This document shows, in pieces, positions 9,378 to 18,560 of a stretch of 48,310 bases of DNA (the first letter of the stretch is position 1; each line of letters starts with the position of its first letter). The translations under genes were made by a program, and so were the position numbers. This DNA comes from an uncultured Candidatus Saccharibacteria bacterium (GTDB taxonomy: Bacteria; Patescibacteriota; Saccharimonadia; Saccharimonadales; Saccharimonadaceae), in the NCBI GenBank assembly GCA_964433705.1, contig CAYSSH010000001.1, positions 1 to 48,310 of the forward strand, in the 5' to 3' direction. Under the pieces are notes generated by a model, which saw only the letters and a list, made by a program, of their open reading frames with translations, was not told the DNA's origin and did not search any database.

Positions 9378-10046
9378 ATGGCTGAATATAAATTGTCGCT
9401 CCAAAAGCGCGAAATTACAGGAAAGAAATTAAAAGCATTAAGGGCTGAAGGCTTAATTCCTTCCGTGGTTTATGGCGATAAAACTCCAGCTCTCGCTTCG
9501 TCGGAATATGTTGCGACCGAGAAAGTGTTGGCGCTCGCTGGTTACCACTCTCCAATAGACCTCGATCTTGACGGTAAAAAGACCCTTGCTATCGTGAAAG
9601 ATGTTCAAATCGACCCGGTCTCTCGTAAAATTGTCAACATTGAGTTCCAGGCTATTTCCGCAAACGAAGTCGTAGAGGCTACCACTCCGATTATCATTCT
9701 TAATTATGAAGAATCCGATGCCTCAAAACTTTATCATTTTGCGATGACTAAGGCTCTTGAAGAAATTGATGTTAAGGCAAAGCCAGCTGATTTGCCAAAA
9801 GAGGTTACAATCGATGCTGCAAACCTTAAAACTCTTGAAGATAAATTGACAATCAAGGATATTAACTTGCCAAAAGGCGTAGAGTTTGCTGACAAAGAAC
9901 TTGATGAAGCACAAGTTGTTGCTTCTCTCTATGATCCGGCCGCTGAAGCTGAAAAGCGCGAAGCAGAGGCTACGGCACCTGCTACCGAGGCTGCAGATGT
10001 TCCTTCCGACAACGGTACCAAACCAGAAGAATCCGCTGCGGAATAA
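9378..10046 (+). CDS. rplY: 50S ribosomal protein bL25 (Ctc long form)
   Basis: LRAEGLIPSVVYG, VKDVQIDPV, acidic tail. Confidence 0.92.
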   Translation: MAEYKLSLQKREITGKKLKALRAEGLIPSVVYGDKTPALASSEYVATEKVLALAGYHSPIDLDLDGKKTLAIVKDVQIDPVSRKIVNIEFQAISANEVVEATTPIIILNYEESDASKLYHFAMTKALEEIDVKAKPADLPKEVTIDAANLKTLEDKLTIKDINLPKGVEFADKELDEAQVVASLYDPAAEAEKREAEATAPATEAADVPSDNGTKPEESAAE

Positions 10047-11395
10047 TCGGCGCCGCTCGTCATTCTAACAATTACGGCATTAAAATTCACTCCAAAACTG
10101 CGGAGTATGGCAAAAAATTCCTTCAATATCTTTTGCATCACCTCCGCAGTTTTTGTATTCGATTTTTCTGCTCGGATTGCCACATCAATCTCTAAAATCG
10201 GCACTATTCCCGCCGATTGGCAAGTTTTCGCAAAACTTGCCAGCCCGCGGCACTTATCCATAATTTCATTGTCAGCTGCCGATAAAATCGTATCACGTTT
10301 CATCGCCGTCCGCACCCCCATCTCGTAAAACTCTCGCAACCTTTTCGCGTTATTATCCGTAACAACTCCAGGAATTATTCTCTTTGAAATTAAATAGTCC
10401 GGCATCGCCACCCCATTTTTCGCCCGCTCAAACATTAACGGCTCGGTCAGTACTATCCCACTTGCCTTATCGCTTACTTTGTCGATCTCCGACCACACAT
10501 CTAAGCCGCGTCCCATATAAATCTTTTTTCCAGGTCCCAAAAGCGTTGCGGTGATTAGCTCCAATGATTGCGGCTCAGTCGCTGCGATAATTTCCATTTC
10601 CTTTAAATCAAGTACCTCATCGACCGTAGCATTTTCCAAATTCGCCCGCGCCAGCTTTAAACTTTCCTCCATTGTTTTTCCTAGCACAAGCCCGCCCAAA
10701 ATTGTCGCCGCCGCAACCGAATATGCCGATAGATGCGTCAACCGGTCAATTCGCTCAACCGTCACCGGCTCGACCAAATCACGATAATAAAAAGCCTTTG
10801 GCGACAGCATCACTAATTTTTTGTCCCCCATCGTTTTTATTAATAGATCATTCCCATGTTCCTCATAAAAAACCAAGTCCGCCCGCCGCGCCAGGGAATT
10901 AAACTCAAAACTGTTTGCCTTACCAACATAAATCGCCAGAACCGTTTCTCTGTGCTCATCCAAATAATCAACTATTTTTTTCGCCGTCCTTCCGTCAATC
11001 TTTGCCGATCGATCCACGAAAATCATTTCTACCGGCTCTTCCGGTGCCACAAACTTCGCCGATTTTGGCATAGTTTCTGTTAGGTAACTAATTCCATCAT
11101 CTGAATTCAAAATATAACGATACGAATCCACTATGGACGGCTCCCGTATTTCTTCGCCATCAAAACCTAGGCTCGACCCCGCAATCTCCGCCTCAACCCC
11201 CATTTTTGACAACACCAAAAGTGTAACCGCAGCCCCACCATAACTACTATGCCGACTAAAAAACCGATGACAAGACCCATTAAATTCAAAATCCAGCCAC
11301 TTCACCCCCGCCTTATCTGTCTCGAAAGCCTCTGTCCGTCCGTCTAGATTCAAATAAACATCCTTCAGGACATTTCCCACCACCAAAATCTTCAT
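9929..11395 (-). CDS. PfkB-like carbohydrate kinase fold fused to a degenerate class I fructose-bisphosphate aldolase domain
   Basis: KILVVGNVLKDV and YGGAAV N-terminus; C-terminal RLREFYEMGVRTAMKR and FAKTCQSAGIVPILE match class I FBA motifs. Confidence 0.65.
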   Translation of the reverse strand: MKILVVGNVLKDVYLNLDGRTEAFETDKAGVKWLDFEFNGSCHRFFSRHSSYGGAAVTLLVLSKMGVEAEIAGSSLGFDGEEIREPSIVDSYRYILNSDDGISYLTETMPKSAKFVAPEEPVEMIFVDRSAKIDGRTAKKIVDYLDEHRETVLAIYVGKANSFEFNSLARRADLVFYEEHGNDLLIKTMGDKKLVMLSPKAFYYRDLVEPVTVERIDRLTHLSAYSVAAATILGGLVLGKTMEESLKLARANLENATVDEVLDLKEMEIIAATEPQSLELITATLLGPGKKIYMGRGLDVWSEIDKVSDKASGIVLTEPLMFERAKNGVAMPDYLISKRIIPGVVTDNNAKRLREFYEMGVRTAMKRDTILSAADNEIMDKCRGLASFAKTCQSAGIVPILEIDVAIRAEKSNTKTAEVMQKILKEFFAILRSFGVNFNAVIVRMTSGADYSAADSSGLVPLSEGTSAASVAGAVASASRFSASAAGS

Positions 11396-11402
11396 AAAAC
11401 CA

Positions 11403-12161
11403 TTATATCACACCGAGGATTCCGCGCAAGGCATAACCAGTATCTTCGTGATTCCTGACGGTAATCGTTTCAATCCCCATCTGCACTACCGGATAATCAT
11501 TCCCGCCTGGTTGCGTCATATCACCAAAATACAAAACATCCGACTTTTCCACCCCAAGTTCTTCTAGAAGATGCGTCATCCCAAACACTTTATTCATCCC
11601 AGGCGTAATCGCATTTATCGAGGTTGTTCCGCCAATCTCGTAATCAAATTCCGGCGCCAACTCTTTACATCTTGCCACAATCTTTTCACGTTTTTTACAA
11701 TCTGGGTCCCAAGCATATTTTGCCTCAGTCCCAGCCTTTTGTCCAAGCGCCGAAAATGTCACCTGACTCAAACGGTTCTCGATAATCTCGTCCCCGTCCA
11801 TCAATTTATCCTCTTCCCAAAAACCAAGTTCTCGCGCCGCCTGCTCGATGGTTGCCGAAATCTTCGCTACCTGTTCATCTGTCAAAGGGTAATTGTAAAC
11901 TTGTTCCCACTCGCTCCCGTTATAGCGGTAATATTGCGTCCCCTGCGCCACAAAAAGATGCAAGTGTTTCAGCTGCTCCGCCGTCGGATTTGGCAAACGA
12001 TCCACAATCTGTATCAAAAACTGGTCAAACTTCTGACCAGAAATCGGACAAATCTCAAAATGATCCAAACACTTCACGATTAGTTCCGCAATGTCATCCG
12101 TAATCGGCGTTTTTGCTACATTTAAAGTTTGATCAATATCAAAAGCTAAAACTTTTTTCAT
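11403..12161 (-). CDS. HAD-IIB family phosphatase / phosphomannomutase-like
   Basis: FDIDQTL, ISG, GGTTSI, YFGDMTQPGGNDY; start moved to ATG 12161 with GGAG SD. Confidence 0.85.
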   Translation of the reverse strand: MKKVLAFDIDQTLNVAKTPITDDIAELIVKCLDHFEICPISGQKFDQFLIQIVDRLPNPTAEQLKHLHLFVAQGTQYYRYNGSEWEQVYNYPLTDEQVAKISATIEQAARELGFWEEDKLMDGDEIIENRLSQVTFSALGQKAGTEAKYAWDPDCKKREKIVARCKELAPEFDYEIGGTTSINAITPGMNKVFGMTHLLEELGVEKSDVLYFGDMTQPGGNDYPVVQMGIETITVRNHEDTGYALRGILGVI

Positions 12162-12222
12162 AAAAACTCCACTTAATACGTTAATTATAACACAAAACCA
12201 AAAATAATGATATAATAAGGTT

Positions 12223-12993
12223 ATGAAAACATATGTTGTGGGCAACTGGAAACTCAATTTTAACGTAGGCGAAGCCTCAATTTATCTTCACAAACTTCTC
12301 AAGAAACTGCCTAATTATCGCGATATAGAAGTCATTATCGCTCCGCCTCTTATTGCTGTACAACCTCTTTCTCTTCAAGTTGATCGTCACAAACTAAAAC
12401 TTGCCGCCCAAAACGCTTTTTCCTCTGACTATGGCGCCTATACCGGCGAAACCTCAATGAGCCAGCTTCGTGGCATTACTGATTATGTTCTCGTCGGACA
12501 TTCTGAACGCCGCCATATTTTTGGCGAAGACGATAAACTTATCGGCAAAAAAGTCGCCGCCGCTCTTCGCAACCGCATTAATCCTATTCTCTGTATCGGC
12601 GAAACCGAATCCGAACGTACTTTTGGCGAAACCGCCGATGTTATTCGTGACCAACTTATGAGCGGGCTTCGCGACGTCTCTGAAGAGGAAATCGATCAGG
12701 TCATCATCGCCTACGAACCAGTTTGGGCCATTTCCAGCGTTAAGGGTGCTAAATACGCTTCTCCTTATGACATTTCTGACGTCATTAAACTCATCCGCGC
12801 CACCATTTCAGAACTCTACGGCCCCGAAATCTCCGCAAAACTCCCAGTCCTTTACGGTGGTAGTGTCAACCCATCCAACGCCGGCGCCTATCTTACTATT
12901 CCTGGAGTGAACGGCGTTCTTGCCGGTGGTTCTTCCTTGATATTAAGCGAATTTCTTGATATAATTGACATAGCTAAAAGAGTGAGGTCATGA
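12223..12993 (+). CDS. tpiA: Triosephosphate isomerase
   Basis: GNWK, GAYTGE, GHSERR, AYEPVWAI, LYGGSV. Confidence 0.97.
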   Translation: MKTYVVGNWKLNFNVGEASIYLHKLLKKLPNYRDIEVIIAPPLIAVQPLSLQVDRHKLKLAAQNAFSSDYGAYTGETSMSQLRGITDYVLVGHSERRHIFGEDDKLIGKKVAAALRNRINPILCIGETESERTFGETADVIRDQLMSGLRDVSEEEIDQVIIAYEPVWAISSVKGAKYASPYDISDVIKLIRATISELYGPEISAKLPVLYGGSVNPSNAGAYLTIPGVNGVLAGGSSLILSEFLDIIDIAKRVRS

Positions 12994-13643
12994 ATAAAAG
13001 ATACATCGATTTCGTCCCCAATACGGCTGCCCCAAAAAAGCGTCGAACCACCTCCGGGTCTTCTCCCGAGGTCAGTTTTCCCAGTACCACTCCGAGGGTG
13101 ACCGTTACGACCACCAGCGTTACTTTGGTCAAAGATGAAGATGTCAACGTCGAAGCGATTTTTGCTGAAAGACCTGTTGAAAAATCTCTTGAAGAACCAA
13201 AGCCAGCCATTGGCTCGATTGAGAATCTTTCTGAAAAATTCGTTAACACAAAAGTTGAGAAACGCCCTTTAAGCCGCTCCAGTTTTACCTCTGCTGCCGC
13301 CGCCAAGGCCAAAAAAATCCCGAAAATCCCCCTCATCGGCAAGAAAAAAAATACCGATTCTGCCCCGGAGCCGTCGGTGAAAAAAGAAGAAAAAAAGCCG
13401 GATACACTTACCGTCCCATCTTCTCCTTTTGTCCGCAGCGTTAAAGTTGCCAAACGTCCTCTTTCCCGCAACGTTTATCGCCCGGAAAAACCCGTTACTG
13501 AGCCAAAAGAACCGAAGGGAACAGTCACCATTATTGAAAAACCAGAAAAAGATTCCCGTATCGGCCTTATCGTCACAATTATCATCACTATCATCCTCGG
13601 CGCCGCCGCTGGTACTGTCGCGTTTTTACTCTTGCCAAAATAG
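12990..13643 (+). CDS. Hypothetical Lys/Pro-rich protein with C-terminal TM anchor
   Basis: ATGA coupling to tpiA; internal FVxxxKVxKRPLSR duplication; C-terminal hydrophobic helix. Confidence 0.75.
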   Translation: MNKRYIDFVPNTAAPKKRRTTSGSSPEVSFPSTTPRVTVTTTSVTLVKDEDVNVEAIFAERPVEKSLEEPKPAIGSIENLSEKFVNTKVEKRPLSRSSFTSAAAAKAKKIPKIPLIGKKKNTDSAPEPSVKKEEKKPDTLTVPSSPFVRSVKVAKRPLSRNVYRPEKPVTEPKEPKGTVTIIEKPEKDSRIGLIVTIIITIILGAAAGTVAFLLLPK

Positions 13644-13668
13644 TCTAGAAAGTGTATAATACAAGTAT

Positions 13669-13746
13669 GGTGGGATTAGCTCAGATGGTTAGAGCGTCTG
13701 ATTGTGGTCCAGAAGGTCGTCGGTTCGATCCCGATATCCCACCCCA
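13669..13746 (+). tRNA. tRNA-His (GUG)
   Basis: G-1, acceptor GTGGGAT/ATCCCAC, anticodon loop TTGTGGT, TTCGATC T-loop, CCA end. Confidence 0.95.
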
Positions 13747-13752
13747 TTTCTA

Positions 13753-13827
13753 GCGGGTATAGTACAGCGGCTAGTATATCAGTTTTCCAAACTGAGGATT
13801 GGAGTTCGACCCTCCATACCCGCACCA
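13753..13827 (+). tRNA. tRNA-Gly (UCC)
   Basis: Acceptor GCGGGTA/TACCCGC, TCAGT-TTTCCAA-ACTGA anticodon arm, CCA end. Confidence 0.95.
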
Positions 13828-13829
13828 AT

Positions 13830-13860
13830 AAAACCGCCCAGTAAAAGGGCGTTTTTTCTT
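13830..13860 (+). terminator. Terminator after the tRNA pair
   Basis: CGCCC-AGTAAAA-GGGCG followed by TTTTTT. Confidence 0.7.
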
Positions 13861-13899
13861 TGTATTTCTCTCAAACATTTAAGAATGATTGTATAACTA

Positions 13900-13928
13900 T
13901 TGACAAAAACAGAAAAGTGTGCTATAAT
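13900..13928 (+). promoter_or_regulatory. Consensus sigma70 promoter
   Basis: TTGACA-17 bp-TATAAT with extended TG. Confidence 0.85.
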
Positions 13929-14000
13929 GGAAGTAACGATGGGCTGTGGGAACCTATCCGTAGTACCTAAAAATTTTTTCGATATTAGGAGGAACACGTC

Positions 14001-14495
14001 ATGGCAAAAAGAGATTACGATAACCCTCGCACCGCTGCCTCTACCGGCAGACCAACCCTGACCCTCGGCAGAGATCCCTCGAACCCCAGAAACTGGGAAC
14101 TCGACGACCTCAAAAGGGCCGCCGACGCCCTGCGTGAGCATGTCAGCGCATTTCGCGCCACCTTCGGCGAAGCGGAGCTGGCTAAAGCCATCCCGCTTCT
14201 GACCGACGAACACGTCAAAGCGGAGATGCGCCTCTATGCCGACTTGTCTGCTCTTGTCGAGCAGGCAAAGGACACCGCGCTGAGAGCATATGTGTCCTTC
14301 ACCCCCGACGACGAAGACGACAATGCGGTCCCCATGTGGGCCTACATCGACGCCGAAGGAAAGACCCAGTATGTCGACACCAAGTTCGAAGCGCAATCGA
14401 AATGCGCTTTCGAGCGCATTGCGGAAGTCCGCAAATGTTACTGCGTTCTGCAAGGCGACGAGTGGAAGGAAATCGCCTTTCCCCCCACCCCCTAA
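14001..14495 (+). CDS. Orphan hypothetical protein, GC-rich
   Basis: 164 aa, AGGAGG SD, own promoter and terminator. Confidence 0.75.
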   Translation: MAKRDYDNPRTAASTGRPTLTLGRDPSNPRNWELDDLKRAADALREHVSAFRATFGEAELAKAIPLLTDEHVKAEMRLYADLSALVEQAKDTALRAYVSFTPDDEDDNAVPMWAYIDAEGKTQYVDTKFEAQSKCAFERIAEVRKCYCVLQGDEWKEIAFPPTP

Positions 14496-14520
14496 TCCCA
14501 CACCCCCATCGCACCTTAGG

Positions 14521-14546
14521 AAAACCCAGCTACAAGCTGGGTTTTT
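14521..14546 (+). terminator. Intrinsic terminator
   Basis: AAAACCCAGCT...AGCTGGGTTTTT. Confidence 0.8.
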
Positions 14547-14592
14547 CACTGCAAAATAATCTATACATAACCGCAATATTATGGTAATGATA

Positions 14593-14621
14593 TTGACAAA
14601 AATCACTTTGTGTGCTATAAT
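14593..14621 (+). promoter_or_regulatory. Consensus sigma70 promoter, near-copy of the 13900 promoter
   Basis: TTGACA-17 bp-TATAAT; both read TATTGACAAAAA...TGTGCTATAATGGAAGTA. Confidence 0.85.
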
Positions 14622-14781
14622 GGAAGTAGTCTAAGTCTGAGACGTACTGTCAAGGCGACGAAGACCATTAACAACCGAATCATCTCAGGTTTCAATGAAA
14701 CCTGTTTATATATGCCTATCACAACACCCCCCCCAAACTTTGGGGGCGTTGCCCCCGACATTTAAGAAAGGAGGCAACTTC

Positions 14782-16977
14782 ATGTTGTCAGTATTTTTCG
14801 AGTTACTAGTTCCCGCAACGATACTGTTTTTCTGCATTAACGGCGCCACCATGCGGTTCTACCACACCGATTGGTTCAAAACCGCATCTGGCGGTCTCAA
14901 CCGACGTCTTCTGCTAGAAGGCGGCGGTGTCAGTCTGGTGGTTGGCTTAGCCAACTACCTGACGCCGCGACTTGGCAGTGCGACTTGGCTTGCTATCCCA
15001 TTTTTCGGGATTATGGCCGCCGCATTCGTCAACATGTTTCTCTGGTGGGGCAAGGAGGGTTCCGAACGCCGCGAAATGACTCCGTTCGTCTTTACGGATC
15101 TCCTGCTGGCACTTATCGCTAGCGGACCTGCAAAGACGGTTGCGAGTCTGATTCCGGTTCTCTCCGGGCTCATCAAGGCGCTCCCCTGGATGGCCTTTTG
15201 GGCTTTCCTCGGGTTCATGACGGTAAGCACCCTTTTCTTCCACTACAATCGGAAGAAAAGGGAAGGAGAACCTGCCACGAAATTCCTCATTTGGGGAATT
15301 GTCCTGGCGGTACTGTTCGGCCTGCTTTTCGCTTCGGCTCTGACCGGCGCTTTTAAGCGGCCGAACCCAAACCTCCCGAAGGCAACTGCCTCCATGCATA
15401 ACGTCAGTGAATGGTGGAACTCCATCACAAACCGAGCGGCGACCGAGCCTGCAGAAACAGCAGAAACAGCGGCGACCGAGCCCTCGACAGAAGCCACAGA
15501 AATCGCGACAACCGAAACGACCACCCCTGCTACCGATTACGAGCAAGCAGCTCGCGAAGAGGAAGTCTCTGCCGAGGCGGCGGCTAGCGCCATCACCTAC
15601 GAAAAGGCTGGAGGTCTGATGTTGGTGCCTGAGGACTCCATCTGGACCTTCTACCACCATCTCGTCATAAAAGATAACTATGACGAAAATGGTCAGAGGC
15701 TTGAAGGCAAAGCACTTGAGGTGGCCAAAGTCAATGATTACGACTTCGGCGTGAATCCTCTCGAGGAAATCTTCAGACAGAAAATCGCCAGCGGCGAATT
15801 ATCCGTCAAAGATCTCGCTAACAAGACAAGCGCAGAGTTATTCGCGCTCGTCACCGTCGATGATCTCATGACTGAACTCATCGAGATGATGAAGCGCGAC
15901 CCCGCTCTCGCCGCCGCGTTCATAGCATGGTATGACGCCAATATGCACACGCGGTTTCTCGGCAAGTTCTTCTCCGAGTATCAGGACCACCCCGATGCTT
16001 GGATGGAAACTATCAATGCCGCCAAAGAGAGCTGGGTTAAGAACCCTGACGAGTACCGAGAAGTGCTTGTACCCTTCATTGAGTCGTTGGCAGAGGCAAA
16101 CAAGATCGAAGTGACCCACAAAACGTCTGGGTTGAACGACCAAATGTATATGTTTGGTTTTTCGGACAAATTTGTTCCAGACGTGATTGTGATGGAAAGC
16201 AAGGACCACGAAGGATTCCTGCTTACCTTCACCTACCTGGTCAAGGGCGAGAAGGTCGTCTTTTCGTATCGGATCGACTGTGGGTTCCAGCCCACAAACG
16301 TGAGCAACGTCATGAACGTTACTCCGCGCTCTAACCCGAATAAGCCGGCCACTCCTTCGGTCCCGAAGTCCAGCGGTGGTACGCCGCCGGTAACGACGCC
16401 AAAGTCTGCTGGTGGTACTCCCGCCACTGATACTGGCAAGTCTGCTGGCGGTACGCCGCCTGCTGAAACCGGTAAAATTGCCGGCGGATTTCCGATCACC
16501 AACCCGAAGAGTCCCGATAAGGGTACTCCCCCCATCGTCATCGACGATCGGGGTCCGGGTTCGGAATCTAACGATGGGGTTGGGGCTTCCTACTCCAGCA
16601 AGCAGAAGCCCTGGGCTTCCACTTTCCTCGAAACTGTCGAGGAGCTAAAAGAGGAGGTTGCCCAGTCCACAGGGAATCCTGCTCACGAGGCGGGGACTCC
16701 AAATACCCCGACCTATACGCCGCCAGCCTCGCTGAAAGCCGATACTGACAGCAATGCCAAAAAAGGCACTGGCAGCGGCGGCGCTGACACTAAAACGCCG
16801 GTTAGTCCCGGTGTGACATATAATACAACGGATACTAGTAGTACCAGCGGCACTACCGCTGGCGGCACGAATGGTGGTAACACCACAAGTACCTCCAGCA
16901 GCACCAGCTCTGGCACTACTACGCGCTCCGTTACCGACGAACCTCGGGGGACTGATTGGGGCGGTCTCCCGGACTAG
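14782..16977 (+). CDS. Orphan multi-TM membrane protein with extracellular domain and Pro/Thr/Gly-rich tail
   Basis: AAGAAAGGAGG SD before ATG 14782; about 6 N-terminal TM helices; ATEP and KSAGGTP repeats. Confidence 0.8.
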   Translation: MLSVFFELLVPATILFFCINGATMRFYHTDWFKTASGGLNRRLLLEGGGVSLVVGLANYLTPRLGSATWLAIPFFGIMAAAFVNMFLWWGKEGSERREMTPFVFTDLLLALIASGPAKTVASLIPVLSGLIKALPWMAFWAFLGFMTVSTLFFHYNRKKREGEPATKFLIWGIVLAVLFGLLFASALTGAFKRPNPNLPKATASMHNVSEWWNSITNRAATEPAETAETAATEPSTEATEIATTETTTPATDYEQAAREEEVSAEAAASAITYEKAGGLMLVPEDSIWTFYHHLVIKDNYDENGQRLEGKALEVAKVNDYDFGVNPLEEIFRQKIASGELSVKDLANKTSAELFALVTVDDLMTELIEMMKRDPALAAAFIAWYDANMHTRFLGKFFSEYQDHPDAWMETINAAKESWVKNPDEYREVLVPFIESLAEANKIEVTHKTSGLNDQMYMFGFSDKFVPDVIVMESKDHEGFLLTFTYLVKGEKVVFSYRIDCGFQPTNVSNVMNVTPRSNPNKPATPSVPKSSGGTPPVTTPKSAGGTPATDTGKSAGGTPPAETGKIAGGFPITNPKSPDKGTPPIVIDDRGPGSESNDGVGASYSSKQKPWASTFLETVEELKEEVAQSTGNPAHEAGTPNTPTYTPPASLKADTDSNAKKGTGSGGADTKTPVSPGVTYNTTDTSSTSGTTAGGTNGGNTTSTSSSTSSGTTTRSVTDEPRGTDWGGLPD

Positions 16978-17000
16978 GTGTGATAGGCATCGCACATTCC

Positions 17001-17028
17001 CGACCCGGCAGGCATTTTCTGCCGGGTC
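17001..17028 (+). terminator. GC-rich hairpin after the orphan gene
   Basis: GACCCGGCAG-GCATTTT-CTGCCGGGTC; no clear U-tract. Confidence 0.55.
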
Positions 17029-17171
17029 ACTCCTATGAATCCATTGAAGTTTGAGATGATTCGGTTGCAGACGCAAATTAACAATCTGGTTAGCGAGCAG
17101 ATAGGTTTTTAATTTGAGTCACAATCAAACAGTAAGTTAAATTTAAATTTAATTTTAAGAAAGGATTTTTT

Positions 17172-18467
17172 ATGAATAAAGTTTATAAAGCTATTCTCAG
17201 CGCTACTGCTACTGCAATCGTAGCTGGCGCTTCCATCGTTCCTGCTAACGTTTTAGCTTGGGGCGATTCAAGCAACGGTCGCAAGACTTATACGCTTGAA
17301 GAAATCAACGCTGGTGATCTTGGCAACACGATTACCATGAACTCCATCACTAACGGTAAAAATGGTGATGAGCGTAACTTCGTTAGCGCTCAAATGGCAT
17401 CGTCAAACACGAACGCCTGGAACGCCAACGAAATAACTGTTAAAGACGGCGATGTTGTGACTATCCGTCTTTACGTCCATAACAACAGTCCGCTTGGCAC
17501 TAACGCTATTGCTACTGGTGTTTCTGCGAACATTTCCTTGCCTACTACTGTATCCAAAGAACAAACCGTTATCGGCTATTTGAATGCCGCTAATGCTACT
17601 CCAAGTCGTTATTGGGACGAAGTTAAACTTGTCTCTTCCGACTACATGATTCTTGAATACGTTGAAGGTTCTGCTAAATATACCAACACTCAAGGTACTT
17701 TTAGTCTTCCTGATAGCATCGTCGTTTCTGAAGGCGCCAAACTTGGCTACACTTCAATGAACGGTGAAATTCCAGGCTGCTTTGAGTATGATGGTTTTGT
17801 GACTCTAGATGTTAAAGTTACAAAGGCTTTGATTACTAGACTTTCTAAGACTGTGCGTAAAGCCGGTACAACTGATAAGTTTACCGAAAAAATTGACGCC
17901 AAAGTTGGTGACAAGGTAGAATTCCAAATCGAATATCGCAATCTCTCCGATGCTGATGTGGATAATGTGATGATTCGTGATATTCTTCCAACTAACATGG
18001 AATATGTCAAAGATTCTACCTACCTTTACAACTCTAATCATCAATCTGGTGTAAAAATCAATGAAAACACTTTGACTACAACCGGTATCAATATTGGTAA
18101 CTATACCGCAAAAGGTCTTGCTTATGTTCGCTTCACCGCTAAGGTTGTCAACAAGAATTTAACTTGTGGCGCTACCCAAATGGTGAACTGGGCTAATGCT
18201 ACCGTCAGCGAAAACGTTGTCAAAGACGATGCTTCTGTCATGGTAAATATCACTGATGGCTGTACCAAGAAAGAAGATGAAAAGAAAACCGACGACAAAA
18301 AGTCTGAAGACAAGAAAACCGACGACAAGAAAACCGATACTACCGAAACTGTTACGAAAATCGTCAGCACCGGTCCAGCCGAAATCGCTGGTGCCGCTGT
18401 TGGGCTTGGTTCAATCGTGACTGCCGGTGGTTACTACATCGCTAGCCGCAAAAAGCTTGTTAAATAA
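17172..18467 (+). CDS. Secreted DUF11-like domain protein with LPxTG-like (IVSTG) C-terminal anchor
   Basis: Signal peptide; KVGDKVEFQIEYRN...VMIRDILPTNMEYV; KKTDD repeats; IVSTGP + TM + RKK tail. Confidence 0.8.
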   Translation: MNKVYKAILSATATAIVAGASIVPANVLAWGDSSNGRKTYTLEEINAGDLGNTITMNSITNGKNGDERNFVSAQMASSNTNAWNANEITVKDGDVVTIRLYVHNNSPLGTNAIATGVSANISLPTTVSKEQTVIGYLNAANATPSRYWDEVKLVSSDYMILEYVEGSAKYTNTQGTFSLPDSIVVSEGAKLGYTSMNGEIPGCFEYDGFVTLDVKVTKALITRLSKTVRKAGTTDKFTEKIDAKVGDKVEFQIEYRNLSDADVDNVMIRDILPTNMEYVKDSTYLYNSNHQSGVKINENTLTTTGINIGNYTAKGLAYVRFTAKVVNKNLTCGATQMVNWANATVSENVVKDDASVMVNITDGCTKKEDEKKTDDKKSEDKKTDDKKTDTTETVTKIVSTGPAEIAGAAVGLGSIVTAGGYYIASRKKLVK

Positions 18468-18490
18468 TTGACCGCTTCACGGTGGGTCAA

Positions 18491-18524
18491 GAAAATGAGC
18501 CAGACTAAAATCTGGCTCATTTTT
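18491..18524 (+). terminator. Intrinsic terminator
   Basis: AAAATGAGCCAGA-CTAAAA-TCTGGCTCATTTTTT. Confidence 0.85.
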
Positions 18525-18560
18525 TGTGTTAAATTAAAATGGTTATGATATAATAAAAAT

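Noticed and set aside
13753-13827. UGA-to-Gly recoding (code 25) as in some CPR lineages
   Set aside because: The anticodon is UCC, not UCA, and TGA ends conserved genes such as grpE, tpiA and comM at the expected positions.
13779-14606. 275-aa minus-strand ORF and other long antisense ORFs (e.g. 14947-15660, 21166-21894, 21994-22941, 47735-48283)
   Set aside because: Shadows of better-supported genes on the opposite strand; they overlap tRNAs, promoters or terminators and show no motifs.
13828-17100. Integrative element or prophage at tRNA-Gly
   Set aside because: No integrase, no phage genes and no duplicated tRNA 3' end found.
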